Source: Sedimentisphaerales bacterium (GTDB taxonomy: Bacteria; Planctomycetota; Phycisphaerae; Sedimentisphaerales; SM23-30). Taken from it: a stretch of 64,000 nt of DNA. The notes below the pieces were generated by a model, which was given only the letters and a program-made list of their open reading frames with translations, made no database searches and had not been told where the DNA came from. Position numbers and translations under genes: made by a program. The stretch is from assembly GCA_963663805.2 (NCBI GenBank), contig CAXXMR010000009.1:256001-320000 (forward strand), written 5' to 3'. Shown here in pieces: positions 1-9,823 of this stretch (its first letter is position 1; every line of letters begins with the position of its first letter).

Positions 1-183
1 ATTATCAGGTAGAGCCGTTACGAAACAGGAATTCAGCCCCAGAAGGGCCAGGGATGCCGCGACATTGGCTTCAGCACCGGCAAAGGTACAGTCCATTGGG
101 CCGGGCAGGGCCTGGAGAAACCGTTTATGGCCCGGCGTAGTTAATCGCATCATTATTTCACCGAAGGTGACTACTTTTGACAT
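1..183 (-). CDS. kdgK: 2-keto-3-deoxygluconate kinase (PfkB family), 5' part only; runs off window start
   Basis: Not in ORF track; manual translation from ATG at 183 gives MSKVVTFGEIMMRLTTPGHKRFLQALPG...FAGAEANVAASLALLG, a typical KdgK N-terminus; directly downstream of eda. Confidence 0.88.
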   Translation of the reverse strand, partial: MSKVVTFGEIMMRLTTPGHKRFLQALPGPMDCTFAGAEANVAASLALLGLNSCFVTALPDN

Positions 184-209
184 GAGCAAACAAATCCTGA
201 AAAGATGAT

Positions 210-941
210 TTAATAATTGGGCACAGTATTATTTTGCGGCTTGTGTGAAATTGAGGGTAGTTCCGCGATTCCGGAAGGATTTGGGTTTTTCCTTACGTTG
301 ATTTTATCAGCAAAATTAATACACTTACGGGCTTTTTCGGTAATTGTTTCCCAGTTATGTTCTTTGACGAGATTCGGACTTAGCATCCAGGAGCCGCCTA
401 TGGCCAGGATATTGCTATCGGCGAGATATTCGCCGAAATTATTTTCATTTAAGCCTCCCAACGGGATGTATTTCAGACCCAAATGTTCGTATGGAGCGGC
501 CATACTTTTGAGATACTTCAATGAGCCGATGGGTTCAGCGGGGAAGAATTTTAGAATCTTACAATCAAATTCCAAGGCTGTTTCTATATCCGAAGGTGTC
601 GCGATACCTGGTGCAAAAGCCAAGCCGCACTCCTTGGCCGTTGCCAGAACCTGGCGATTAGTTCCCGGTGAGACCCCAAAACGTACTTTTGCTTGGGCAA
701 GTTTGCGGACCTGTTCCGGTTTGATAACCGTTCCTGCACCGATAGTCAGTTCGGGGAGATTCTCGCGGATAGCCAGCAATGCTTCAAATGAAATATCTGT
801 GCGCCAGGCCAACTCAATCAATCTGATGCCGCCTCGAGCGAGGGCTCGAGCTGCCGGTACAGCGTCCTTGATATTGTCAATGACCATCACGGCCATTATT
901 TTATTTTTCTGAAATATTTTTTGTAATTCGATGTCGAACAT
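210..941 (-). CDS. eda: KDPG/KHG aldolase
   Basis: IGAGTV, VSPG, PGIATPSDI, LKFFPAE, PLGG, IGGSW motifs of the Eda family. Confidence 0.93.
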   Translation of the reverse strand: MFDIELQKIFQKNKIMAVMVIDNIKDAVPAARALARGGIRLIELAWRTDISFEALLAIRENLPELTIGAGTVIKPEQVRKLAQAKVRFGVSPGTNRQVLATAKECGLAFAPGIATPSDIETALEFDCKILKFFPAEPIGSLKYLKSMAAPYEHLGLKYIPLGGLNENNFGEYLADSNILAIGGSWMLSPNLVKEHNWETITEKARKCINFADKINVRKNPNPSGIAELPSISHKPQNNTVPNY

Positions 942-955
942 TGTTAAAACCAGTC

Positions 956-2074
956 TTAATATTTGTATTTTTCAATATCATCCACACTGAAAGAGACCAT
1001 ATACACTTCGCCTTCCTGATAGCGGTTACTGTCATGGATACAGTAAATTCTGCCCTGGAACTCGACTGCGTCTGGGTAGCTGACATTATGCCCCTGAGCA
1101 ATTTGCAGGGGGGCGGTCCAGGTTTTACCTTCATCCTCTGACAGATAAGCGCATATTTGGCTGCGATTATCTTTTTCGGCCGTATTAATCATCAACCATC
1201 TGCCCTCGGAAATACTGCCGATATAAAACCGTGTGCCGGGATTTACGATTCCGGTGCTGTATGCCTCGCTCCAGGTCTCTCCGCCGTTTGCGGAGATTGA
1301 CTCCCAGATATGTCCCTCATTGGTTCTAATCCACATTACAATCTCGCCGGATAGTTTTTCGATGAACATGGATTCAATGGCCCAGTCCGGGGCGGCGACA
1401 TCACCTGCGAAATGCCAGTTTTTGCCGTGGTCATCAGAAATAACCGCTCCCTGCAGCATAAACTGTTTAATCAGCCAGTCGCGGTCAGGGTTGCGGATAC
1501 CGTCAATCAGCCAGCGTTCATGATTAGGGGTACGCAGCTTGAGAATTTCGGCGGGGTCTGACCAAAGTCGGCGGTTTTCCTCGATTTTGCAACCGAACCA
1601 GTAAACCGGATTGCGGTTCCAGCTTAGAGGAATTAACCAGCGGTCTTTTGAAGTGACCAGCGGTTTGTTCAGCCGGAAGGAATAAGGCAGTCCGAAGTCA
1701 AATTTTCGGGGTTTGCTCCATTGCAACACTTCGGCATCGGGGTCGTTACATTCTATTATCTCGAACGAATTGTAATTTTCTATCGGGTCGGAGACGTTAT
1801 ATGTCAGCCACAATTTACCTTCCGGCGTAAGCCATAAACAGGGGTCGTACACCCTTTTCATTCCTGGAAAATCCACCAGGATTTCCGGTTTTGTGAAATT
1901 TTGGCCGTCGCGACTGGTTTGGATGAAAATACAGTTTGTAGAATACGGTTCACATGGACCGCCGGCGAACCAGGCGGCAATAAAACGTCCCCGTGGCGTG
2001 ATTTCGATAGTTGGTGCTGCCAGCCAGGTTTGTCCCGCCTGAAATTTGTCGGCTATTTTTACTTTTTCCAGCAT
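956..2074 (-). CDS. BNR/Asp-box sialidase-family protein, no signal peptide (cytoplasmic)
   Basis: Asp boxes SRDGQNF, SDDHGKNW, SANGGETW, SEDEGKTW; C-terminal VSYPD. Confidence 0.8.
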   Translation of the reverse strand: MLEKVKIADKFQAGQTWLAAPTIEITPRGRFIAAWFAGGPCEPYSTNCIFIQTSRDGQNFTKPEILVDFPGMKRVYDPCLWLTPEGKLWLTYNVSDPIENYNSFEIIECNDPDAEVLQWSKPRKFDFGLPYSFRLNKPLVTSKDRWLIPLSWNRNPVYWFGCKIEENRRLWSDPAEILKLRTPNHERWLIDGIRNPDRDWLIKQFMLQGAVISDDHGKNWHFAGDVAAPDWAIESMFIEKLSGEIVMWIRTNEGHIWESISANGGETWSEAYSTGIVNPGTRFYIGSISEGRWLMINTAEKDNRSQICAYLSEDEGKTWTAPLQIAQGHNVSYPDAVEFQGRIYCIHDSNRYQEGEVYMVSFSVDDIEKYKY

Positions 2075-2145
2075 GATGATCCTGTTAATTGTTAACCGCT
2101 TATAATCTCAATAATTAAATTGTAAAGAATAAGCGAGGAAGGACC

Positions 2146-2181
2146 ACTTCTTTTTGCGTAAAAAAAACATCATTTTGCAAA
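2146..2181 (-). promoter_or_regulatory. Putative XylR/AraC-type operator (21-bp-period direct repeat) upstream of BNR-eda-kdgK operon
   Basis: 33/36 identical (inverted) to 3537-3572; -10-like TACAAT on minus strand at 2124-2119. Confidence 0.7.
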
Positions 2182-2206
2182 CTAAGTCACAGGCGACTAT
2201 TCTATA

Positions 2207-3391
2207 TCAAATGATATCGGCTCCGGGATTGATGTCAACATTGCCATATTTGTCACGAAATGCCCGACAGGTCATACCTTTATTTTGTTTATAATAGCGG
2301 GCCAGGTTATTGGCACTATTGAATCCCAGATTGTGAGCTATCTGATGGATAGGGATGTTGGTACGCAAAAGCATCTGGGAGATTTTTTCGACCCGGGCCT
2401 GTTTGATTTCATCGTGAATAGTTTTGCCCATTAACAGCAGAAACCGTTTTTCAAGGGTTCGTCGAGATAAAGCCACTTTTGACGCGACATCTTCCACCTG
2501 AATAGGCTGATTGGCGTTTAATCTTATATATCGGATAGCTTGCAGGACTTCCGGGTCATCAATTGCCAGAGTGTCGGTGGAGCGACGGGTTTTGACGCCC
2601 ATAGTTTGAACCACAATTTCTGTTTTTCGTGGTTTTTTGCCGTTTATCAGGTTCATAAGCAGTTCGGCTGCTTCATACCCTCCCTTAACAGCGTTTAATG
2701 ACACACTTGACAGGGGTGGGTCGGACAAGTCGCAGACATATGGGTCATTGTCCACGCCCAGGATAGCAACTTCATCAGGAACTTTCAGTCCAGCGCGTTT
2801 ACAGGCTTCGCTTACATGACGGGAGCGTTCGTCGATACAGGCGAAAATCGCGACAGGCTTAGGTAGTGATTTCAGCCAGGCGCAAAGCCGGACTTGTTCT
2901 TTTTCCCAGGAGCGTTTGATATTAGCCTGGGTTTTTTCGTAAACCGATACCTCAAAACCGTGCTCGGCTACCTTTGCGGCAAAGGCTTCGTATCTTTGTT
3001 TGGAATATCTTACATCCTCAAATCCGCAATAGCCAAAGTGCTTATATTTTCTGTCTAAAAGGTGGTTTGCGGCCATTTCTCCGATCTCAGTATTATTGGC
3101 GGTAATGAGGTATTTGTAGCTTGATGGTTCGGTGCGGCTGACGTAAACCACCATGGGTAGATTTGAAGCGAGCGTCTTCTTGTCAAGTTTTTCATCGCGG
3201 GCAATGATTCCGTCGATTTTCCAGTCTTTTAGTTCGGCGAAGGAAATTTTATTTCGTCCGCTGGTCTCAGAATAAAAAGCAAGTGGTCCGCAAATGTGGG
3301 AATAACGAGCGATTCCTTTGAGGATATTGCGTCCGTAAAGTCGTGAGGTTTCGATTAATAAAGCTATTCTTTTCAAGGGGTATCGCTCCAT
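2207..3391 (-). CDS. XylR-type transcriptional regulator (periplasmic-binding-like domain + AraC HTH)
   Basis: KRIALLIETSRLYGRNILKGI N-terminus, WLKSLPKPVAIFAC, VPDEVAILGVDND, C-terminal AraC HTH; start moved to ATG 3391 (MERYPLK). Confidence 0.9.
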   Translation of the reverse strand: MERYPLKRIALLIETSRLYGRNILKGIARYSHICGPLAFYSETSGRNKISFAELKDWKIDGIIARDEKLDKKTLASNLPMVVYVSRTEPSSYKYLITANNTEIGEMAANHLLDRKYKHFGYCGFEDVRYSKQRYEAFAAKVAEHGFEVSVYEKTQANIKRSWEKEQVRLCAWLKSLPKPVAIFACIDERSRHVSEACKRAGLKVPDEVAILGVDNDPYVCDLSDPPLSSVSLNAVKGGYEAAELLMNLINGKKPRKTEIVVQTMGVKTRRSTDTLAIDDPEVLQAIRYIRLNANQPIQVEDVASKVALSRRTLEKRFLLLMGKTIHDEIKQARVEKISQMLLRTNIPIHQIAHNLGFNSANNLARYYKQNKGMTCRAFRDKYGNVDINPGADII

Positions 3392-3536
3392 GCGGTGAAG
3401 GTGCCGATTGATTGTGGGCAAAATAAAATCTTCATTATGCGTAATAAGTATATCGTCGGTATGGAATTTGCACAAGTGGAAAAAGTTTTTTTCGTATTTT
3501 TCTAAGGGTATCAGGTGTTTGTTTATGCAGGTCCGC

Positions 3537-3572
3537 TTTGCAAAATGAGGTTTTTTTTGCGCAAAAAGAGGT
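3537..3572 (+). promoter_or_regulatory. Putative XylR/AraC-type operator upstream of 3710 operon
   Basis: GCAAAATGAGGT at 3540 and GCAAAAAGAGGT at 3561 (21-bp period); -10-like TACGAT at 3592. Confidence 0.7.
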
Positions 3573-3709
3573 AGCTTGAAGGAGTGATTTTTACGATAAA
3601 TGAGACATGGCACTGAGAGAAAATATGTTGAATATTGCTATCGTATCCGAAAAGGATTTCCTGTTTCAGGAATACAAACAGTTGTTTTTTGCACAGAAGG
3701 AGATGTAGA

Positions 3710-4978
3710 ATGAAGAATTTAATGTTGATTATGATTGTTGCCGCTAGCCTTGCAGGTACCTCTTTGGCAGCTACGGCATTGTGGGATCCAAATGTGGCCT
3801 TAGGTGATTTCGATATGCTTAATGCCGATAACTGGAGCAGGGATCTAGCCAGTGCCACGGCTCATGGCTTGTGCGGCGGATTTGAGTCTACGGCAATTCT
3901 GGATGGCGATTGGACCTATAATAAAAGCATGCATATTGGCACAACCGGTTTGGGTGTTGTGAAGATGGTCGGTGGTTTACTGGATGTCAGCAGCCTAAGG
4001 ATTGGTGACGATTACTGGACGCAGAAAGACGGGGAAGACAATGTTCTTCATTATGGCGATAATGGTATTTTGATAGTCGAAAACGGTACCGTAGACGCTT
4101 CAAATACTACTGTGGGCCATGGCAATTTAGGCATTCTCACGATTAACGGCGGAACTGTCAATGCCGGTTCTTTTGTGACCGTCGGTACGGAAAGCGGTGA
4201 CCTGATGGGCATAAGTACAGACGGGACAACTATCGCTTACTATGTGCCTTTTGCCGGAACCGGTTATCTGAATATGACCGGTGGAGTACTAAACTGTGAG
4301 CATATCAATGTCGGCAGAGACCCTCGTTGTCTGGCTGAGGTTGATCTCAGCGGTGATGCTTTGCTGGAAGTTTATGACGACAACGCGGCTGAGCCCAGTG
4401 ACTCATATTTTCGTATCGGCGACCCCGAAGCGATTACTCGTCTGACTATCGCGGGTGCCGCCAGATTGCGGGCGGGTTCGATTAGTCTTCTTACTCCCAC
4501 GATTATCAAATTTGTTCTTGATGAGAGCTCTTTGAGCGATTCTCGAATTGACGTTTATGATTATGACCCGGAAGACACTTTCATTATAACTTATGAAGAT
4601 GTGACAATAGGCGGCGAAATCTATCTTGAATTTGCCGGTGACCCGATTGCCAACATTCCTTTTGATATTATTTCGTCCGTCACCGATTTGAATCAGATAG
4701 AGTCGGGTTCTGAGCCGGTAGTTGATAAATTGTCCGCAGAATCAGCGGCAGCAGGCTGGTCACTAGCGATAGTTTTGGATGGTAATGGCGGCAGTATTCT
4801 TCAGGCGACCTACTCACCTGACTTTGCGACTTGCGAAGAAGTTATTGCGACTGGCTTTGGTCTGGAAGCTGATTTTGATAAAGATTGTGATGTTGACCTG
4901 AATGATTTTGCCGTAATGTCCGCCGGTTGGCTTGGCAATAACAATCCCGAAGATATTAATCACACACCTAACTGGTAA
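3710..4978 (+). CDS. Secreted Gly-rich beta-strand-repeat protein with C-terminal dockerin-like motif
   Basis: Signal peptide MKNLMLIMIVAASLAGTSLA after AGGAG RBS; repeats like GILTINGGTV and GYLNMTGGVL; tail DFDKDCDVDLNDFAVMSAGWL. Confidence 0.8.
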   Translation: MKNLMLIMIVAASLAGTSLAATALWDPNVALGDFDMLNADNWSRDLASATAHGLCGGFESTAILDGDWTYNKSMHIGTTGLGVVKMVGGLLDVSSLRIGDDYWTQKDGEDNVLHYGDNGILIVENGTVDASNTTVGHGNLGILTINGGTVNAGSFVTVGTESGDLMGISTDGTTIAYYVPFAGTGYLNMTGGVLNCEHINVGRDPRCLAEVDLSGDALLEVYDDNAAEPSDSYFRIGDPEAITRLTIAGAARLRAGSISLLTPTIIKFVLDESSLSDSRIDVYDYDPEDTFIITYEDVTIGGEIYLEFAGDPIANIPFDIISSVTDLNQIESGSEPVVDKLSAESAAAGWSLAIVLDGNGGSILQATYSPDFATCEEVIATGFGLEADFDKDCDVDLNDFAVMSAGWLGNNNPEDINHTPNW

Positions 4979-4996
4979 GAGGCAACTATAAATTGG

Positions 4997-5028
4997 ATCG
5001 GCAGGGGTCTGCAAATGCTCCTGCCGAT
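4997..5028 (+). terminator. Intergenic stem-loop preceding DUF1559 gene
   Basis: ATCGGCAGGGGT...GCTCCTGCCGAT 12-bp stem with G-U pairs, no strong U tail. Confidence 0.5.
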
Positions 5029-5068
5029 ATTCCTTACTCTATCAAAAATAGCAGGGCAGGTAAATTAA

Positions 5069-5911
5069 ATGAATAAAAAGAAAAAAGCATTTACCCTGGT
5101 TGAGTTGCTCGTGGTCGTAGCGATAATCGCTTTGCTGGTTTCGATACTTCTGCCGGCGTTAGGCCAGGCCCGTCAGGCAGCCCAAAAGGTTGTTTGCATG
5201 TCATTTGTTCGACAGATGGTTCTGGCCAGCATCGGCTATATGTCGGAAAATAGAGATGCTTTTCCGGAGCAACATGCTTTTCGGCCGACGAGCTTTGTCA
5301 ATCCCGACCTTCAGGTTAATCAGGGCGATGTTGGGCATGGCCTAACCGACCCAGACCCGACTTACTACTGCTGGGCCTATCGGATTGACCCGTACATCAG
5401 CTGGGAAAATCAGCCGGAGTCGAAATGCTGTCCGAGTCTGCGTAATGATTATCACCAGGATATGGAAGGTACCGGCAATGTGGGATTAAGCTATTTCGCC
5501 AATAGTGTTTTGACAACTTTCGGGGGCCACAATGCCCGTCGCCTGAATAATCTTATCGCGATTACCGAATTATTTGAGTCGGCTTATACCGTGCGGACAT
5601 TCCCGCGTTTACGCCGGAAAAGCGGCGTTAGTAATGCCTGGGACACTCTCAGCGAATCTCAAGTGCAGGGCTATAACTGGATGACCAAATTAGATGGCAG
5701 CCTCTGGGCACATCTTCCCCACAAAGATAAGCGTCCCGAAGAAGGCGGCAGGAATTATGGTTTTCTGGACGGCCATGCAGAATTCCTGGAATGGCAGGAT
5801 GTTACTTGCGGCATGTTTGGTTTGGCCATTGACGGTGACCGGAATGCTCAGGAGCCCATTGGGGTTGGTGGTTCGAGTACCGCTGTCCGGCTGGGTGATG
5901 TTGTTTATTAA
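5069..5911 (+). CDS. Prepilin N-terminal cleavage/methylation domain protein (DUF1559-like)
   Basis: [32 protein letters not shown]-terminal H..GRNYGFLDGHAE. Confidence 0.9.
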   Translation: MNKKKKAFTLVELLVVVAIIALLVSILLPALGQARQAAQKVVCMSFVRQMVLASIGYMSENRDAFPEQHAFRPTSFVNPDLQVNQGDVGHGLTDPDPTYYCWAYRIDPYISWENQPESKCCPSLRNDYHQDMEGTGNVGLSYFANSVLTTFGGHNARRLNNLIAITELFESAYTVRTFPRLRRKSGVSNAWDTLSESQVQGYNWMTKLDGSLWAHLPHKDKRPEEGGRNYGFLDGHAEFLEWQDVTCGMFGLAIDGDRNAQEPIGVGGSSTAVRLGDVVY

Positions 5912-5969
5912 AATTGCCATCGTGGTGTTATAATATTGGTTTCTACCTTCCTTTTTTGGGGTTTGCTGC

Positions 5970-7289
5970 ATGAGAAAATTATCTGTAATCATGACTTTAC
6001 TTATCAATTTATGCGCTTTTGCCGGTGATATTGATACCTGGCATGTTCAGCCTATTGCCACGGAGCAGGTATTTTACACTGCCGCTGACCCTGAAAACGT
6101 ATTTGTTGCCACTCCCGGCATTGTGGTTTGTCCCACGGGCAGGATTGTCGCTATTATGCAGGTTAGCGGCAAAGGGATTGATAGTATCCCGGAAGTCAAA
6201 AAAGGCGGCAGAACCTTTGTTTATACTTCTGATGACCATAGCGAAACCTGGACGCATCAGGCGAATCTCGATATGATGCACGCCCGACCTTTTGTCGCCG
6301 GCAATAAAGTTTATATAATTGGCCAGATGCACGATGTGAGAATCTCCCGTTCGGATGACTGGGGCAAAACCTGGTCGGAAGCCGTGGAATTGACCGAAGG
6401 CGAAAGCTGGCACGCTTCTGCCAATACGGTACTGCATGACGGCGGGTATGTGTATCTTACTTTGGAAAAACGTGTGTGTAACGATTCGTCGGCCTGGCCG
6501 GTTGCTGAATTGGCACCGATACTTTTCCGAGGTAAAGTAAGTCAAGACCTGACCAAAAAAGAAAACTGGGACCTCTGGTCCGCCCCCGTATTTAAAGATG
6601 TTATCAACGACAAGGAACTGGAAACTTATTTTGGCATACCTTTTCAGCCGGCTTTTTACCCAGATAGGTACTATTTACCAGATGCGGGCAAACGCAGTGC
6701 CAGCCCGATAGGTTGGCTGGAAACTAATGTAGTAAAAATTTATGATCCACATCATTATTTTTACGACCCGCAAGGTCAAGCTATCCATTTACTTATGCGG
6801 GCCAATACCGGCCTGACCAATATCGCCTGTATCGCGAAATGTGTTGTCAAGCCCGATGGTTCGCTGGTAACCGAGCTGGAGCAGGCACCTTCGGGCAAAG
6901 ACCTGCTTTTTGTCCCCTTGCCCGGCGGACACATGCGCTTCCATGTAATATATGATAAACCCAGCGGCTTATACTGGCTTTTAAGTACTCAATCAACCGA
7001 CAGCATGACAAAGGCGCAGTATCTCCCGGCGGACAGATTCGGCGGGCCGGATAACGAAAGAAGAAGACTGCAACTGCATTTTTCCAAAAATCTTTTTGAT
7101 TGGTGTTTTGCCGGTCTGGTTGCCGTGGGGCCATCAGAAAAAGAGGCCCGCCATTACGCCTCGATGGATGTGGACGGCGATGACCTGGTAATACTGTCTC
7201 GTTCGGGCGACAAAAACGCCCAAAGTTCCCATAACGGCAATGTAATCACATTCCATAAAATTACCAATTTCCGCAGACTAATTTATTGA
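5970..7289 (+). CDS. Secreted BNR/sialidase-family protein
   Basis: Signal peptide; Asp boxes SDDHSETW, SDDWGKTW. Confidence 0.8.
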   Translation: MRKLSVIMTLLINLCAFAGDIDTWHVQPIATEQVFYTAADPENVFVATPGIVVCPTGRIVAIMQVSGKGIDSIPEVKKGGRTFVYTSDDHSETWTHQANLDMMHARPFVAGNKVYIIGQMHDVRISRSDDWGKTWSEAVELTEGESWHASANTVLHDGGYVYLTLEKRVCNDSSAWPVAELAPILFRGKVSQDLTKKENWDLWSAPVFKDVINDKELETYFGIPFQPAFYPDRYYLPDAGKRSASPIGWLETNVVKIYDPHHYFYDPQGQAIHLLMRANTGLTNIACIAKCVVKPDGSLVTELEQAPSGKDLLFVPLPGGHMRFHVIYDKPSGLYWLLSTQSTDSMTKAQYLPADRFGGPDNERRRLQLHFSKNLFDWCFAGLVAVGPSEKEARHYASMDVDGDDLVILSRSGDKNAQSSHNGNVITFHKITNFRRLIY

Positions 7290-7296
7290 GGTTAAA

Positions 7297-9597
7297 ATGG
7301 TTGAATTTGTATTCAGGATAGCCATGAGTCTGTTAATAATGATTAGTTCGGCTCAGGCATTAACTGCTGTATGGACCGGGCAGGTCAGTCAGGATTTTTC
7401 CGATACGCAAAACTGGGGAAATAGTATCCCGTTTGTTAATTCGGTGATGATTTCTGATATTGGTAGCCAGTCCCCGATTATCTATGCTGGTACGAATATC
7501 ACCTTTGGCAGCGGAAAAGATTGTTTTCTCGGTGCGGATGACCCCGGACTGCTGACTATGCAGGGCGGCAATGTTTCGCTGGACGATTTCGAGGTCGGCG
7601 GTGACTACTGGAGTACCGGCGGCGATACTGGGACATTCATTATGCAGGCAGGTACGTTTACTGCCACTGATACCTGGATTGGTGCCGGCCATAACGGAGA
7701 TGTTATTGTTAATGGCGGAATATTCAACGCCGGTGACAATCTCATAATCGGTGGTATAGGCCCTCACAAAGGATATGTTGGGCCGGGCAGCCTGGTTGTA
7801 AACAGCGGCATAGTCAATGCCGGCAGTATTGATATGGCCGCGGGCAGTACTGCCCAGATAACCTTCGCTGGCAACGGCCTTGTCGAAGCTTCAGCGATAA
7901 ACATGCGCACAAATGCCCAGTTGAATTTTGTGGTAAATGAGGACACCAACAAGCCATTGGTTCTGACCAGTACGAATTTGGCTGATTATACTATCGCGGG
8001 AACCATTGATACTTCGTTTGCGGGCGAAGCACTCGAAGGAGTCTATGAGATAGCGTCTTTCGCGGCGGATTTAACTTCGGTTGACTTTGCCGGAATGATT
8101 TCCGGCACTGCCCAGACACAGGGCTGGTCACTTAAAATAATTTCTGACGGTAATGACGGCAGCATACTCCAGGCGATTTACGGCGTCGATTGTGAAGCCC
8201 TGACTCTGCAAGGTTACCGGGTTGTGGGTGATACCAACGGTGATTGCGTGGTTGATATGGTTGACTTTGCAGCCCTGGCGAATAACTGGCAGATAACCGA
8301 CAATCCCGCCGTTGAACATATCGGCACTTCGGGAGCTGCTGGCCGTACAATTGCCACCATAGCATCAGAGAGTATCCTCTATACGGTTCCCGATACCGCT
8401 ATTTATACTTCTACTCCCGGTATTGCTGTCTGTCCCGGCGGAAGACTGGTGGCGACTTTTCAGGTTAGCGGAGATGACACTGTTTACAACCAAATACCGG
8501 AAGTAGCCGCCGGTGGGCGAACTTTTGTTTATACTTCCGACGACCACGGCCGCTCCTGGCAGCATCGTGCCAATGTTGATATTCTTCATGCCCGTTCTTT
8601 TGTCGCCGGTGAAAAGCTCTACATCTTGGGCCAACGGGGAGACCTGAGAATCAGCCGCTCCGATGACTGGGGACTAACCTGGAGCAGCCATGTCCTTCTG
8701 ACCAGCGGTGAATCATGGAACGGTTCAGCCGCCGGGATATGGTACAAAGGTGATTATGTTTACCTGGCCATGGAAAGATACCAGTACGATGAATCTGAGG
8801 CTTGGGCGGTGGCGGAGTTTGCTCCCATTCTTCTGCGTGGCGATATAACTCAGAATCTTCTTGTCGCCTCCAACTGGACATTATCAACTGCGGGTGCGTA
8901 TGTAGATTATTTTGACGACCAAACAATAGATACTCTTTTCGGCTTGCCGTTCTATCCCGCGTTTTACCCTGACCGCTATTATTTCCCCAATGCCGGCACG
9001 CGTAGTTTCAGTCCTATGGGATGGCTGGAAACCAATGTTGTGCAAATCGTTGACCCGTATCATAATCTCTACGACCCCGAAGAAAAGACCATGCATCTTA
9101 TTATGCGGGCTAATACCGGCTTGACTAACCTGGCGTGTATGCTGAAAGTTGTGGAATATGCCGACGGTTCCATGCGTACGCGTATTCAGGCGGCGCCATC
9201 CGGCAAGAATCTGGTTTATCTGGCCCTGCCCGGCGGCCAGATGCGGTTTCACATTCTCTATGATGATGTTACCCAGCTTTATTGGCTCTTGAGTACCCAA
9301 TCTACCGACAGCATGACTCAGGCCCAGTATTTACCCGCTGATAGATTTGGCGGCCCTGAGAACGAAAGAAGAAGGCTGCAACTGCATTTCTCCAAAAATC
9401 TTTTCGACTGGTGCTTTGCCGGCCTGGTTGCTGTCGGCCCTACGGAAATACAATCCCGTCATTATGCTTCGATGGCCATAGATGGGGACGATCTGGTTAT
9501 ATTATCTCGTTCGGGCAACGAAAACGCTGATAGTGCCCATAATACCAATATGGTAACATTCCACATTATTGAAGGTTTCCGTGAACTGGTATATTAA
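7297..9597 (+). CDS. Secreted fusion: beta-strand-repeat module + dockerin-like motif + BNR/sialidase-family domain
   Basis: N-half resembles 3710 protein, internal DTNGDCVVDMVDFAALANNW, C-half is a close paralog of the 5970 protein. Confidence 0.82.
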   Translation: MVEFVFRIAMSLLIMISSAQALTAVWTGQVSQDFSDTQNWGNSIPFVNSVMISDIGSQSPIIYAGTNITFGSGKDCFLGADDPGLLTMQGGNVSLDDFEVGGDYWSTGGDTGTFIMQAGTFTATDTWIGAGHNGDVIVNGGIFNAGDNLIIGGIGPHKGYVGPGSLVVNSGIVNAGSIDMAAGSTAQITFAGNGLVEASAINMRTNAQLNFVVNEDTNKPLVLTSTNLADYTIAGTIDTSFAGEALEGVYEIASFAADLTSVDFAGMISGTAQTQGWSLKIISDGNDGSILQAIYGVDCEALTLQGYRVVGDTNGDCVVDMVDFAALANNWQITDNPAVEHIGTSGAAGRTIATIASESILYTVPDTAIYTSTPGIAVCPGGRLVATFQVSGDDTVYNQIPEVAAGGRTFVYTSDDHGRSWQHRANVDILHARSFVAGEKLYILGQRGDLRISRSDDWGLTWSSHVLLTSGESWNGSAAGIWYKGDYVYLAMERYQYDESEAWAVAEFAPILLRGDITQNLLVASNWTLSTAGAYVDYFDDQTIDTLFGLPFYPAFYPDRYYFPNAGTRSFSPMGWLETNVVQIVDPYHNLYDPEEKTMHLIMRANTGLTNLACMLKVVEYADGSMRTRIQAAPSGKNLVYLALPGGQMRFHILYDDVTQLYWLLSTQSTDSMTQAQYLPADRFGGPENERRRLQLHFSKNLFDWCFAGLVAVGPTEIQSRHYASMAIDGDDLVILSRSGNENADSAHNTNMVTFHIIEGFRELVY

Positions 9598-9705
9598 GGA
9601 CATCCCCCGGCAATTCAATTTTAGCTGAGAACCAAGATTTTTCGCCAGGCCCACGCCCAAACAACAGTGGATTCCTGCAAATATACATAATCTTCCGTCA
9701 TCTTA

Positions 9706-9737
9706 TTCGTAAAATGGTTCTATTTAGTCACAAAGTG
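9706..9737 (+). promoter_or_regulatory. Putative operator of second XylR-type regulator
   Basis: TTCGTAAAATGGTTCTATTTAGTCACAAAGTG; 28/32 identical to 13701-13732. Confidence 0.65.
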
Positions 9738-9823
9738 AGGTGTTTTTCCTCTGTCCGGCCTGCTAAGCTAGATGTTATGGTAGATTTGACACATTTTAGC
9801 TACGCATACAGGAATAAGCAGAA

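Noticed and set aside
217..912. 231-aa + strand ORF
   Set aside because: Antisense shadow of eda, no recognisable motifs
2146..3572. Inverted repeats around XylR as transposon ends or invertible-switch sites
   Set aside because: No transposase or recombinase and no TSD; the 21-bp internal periodicity and position before -10 elements fit operators better
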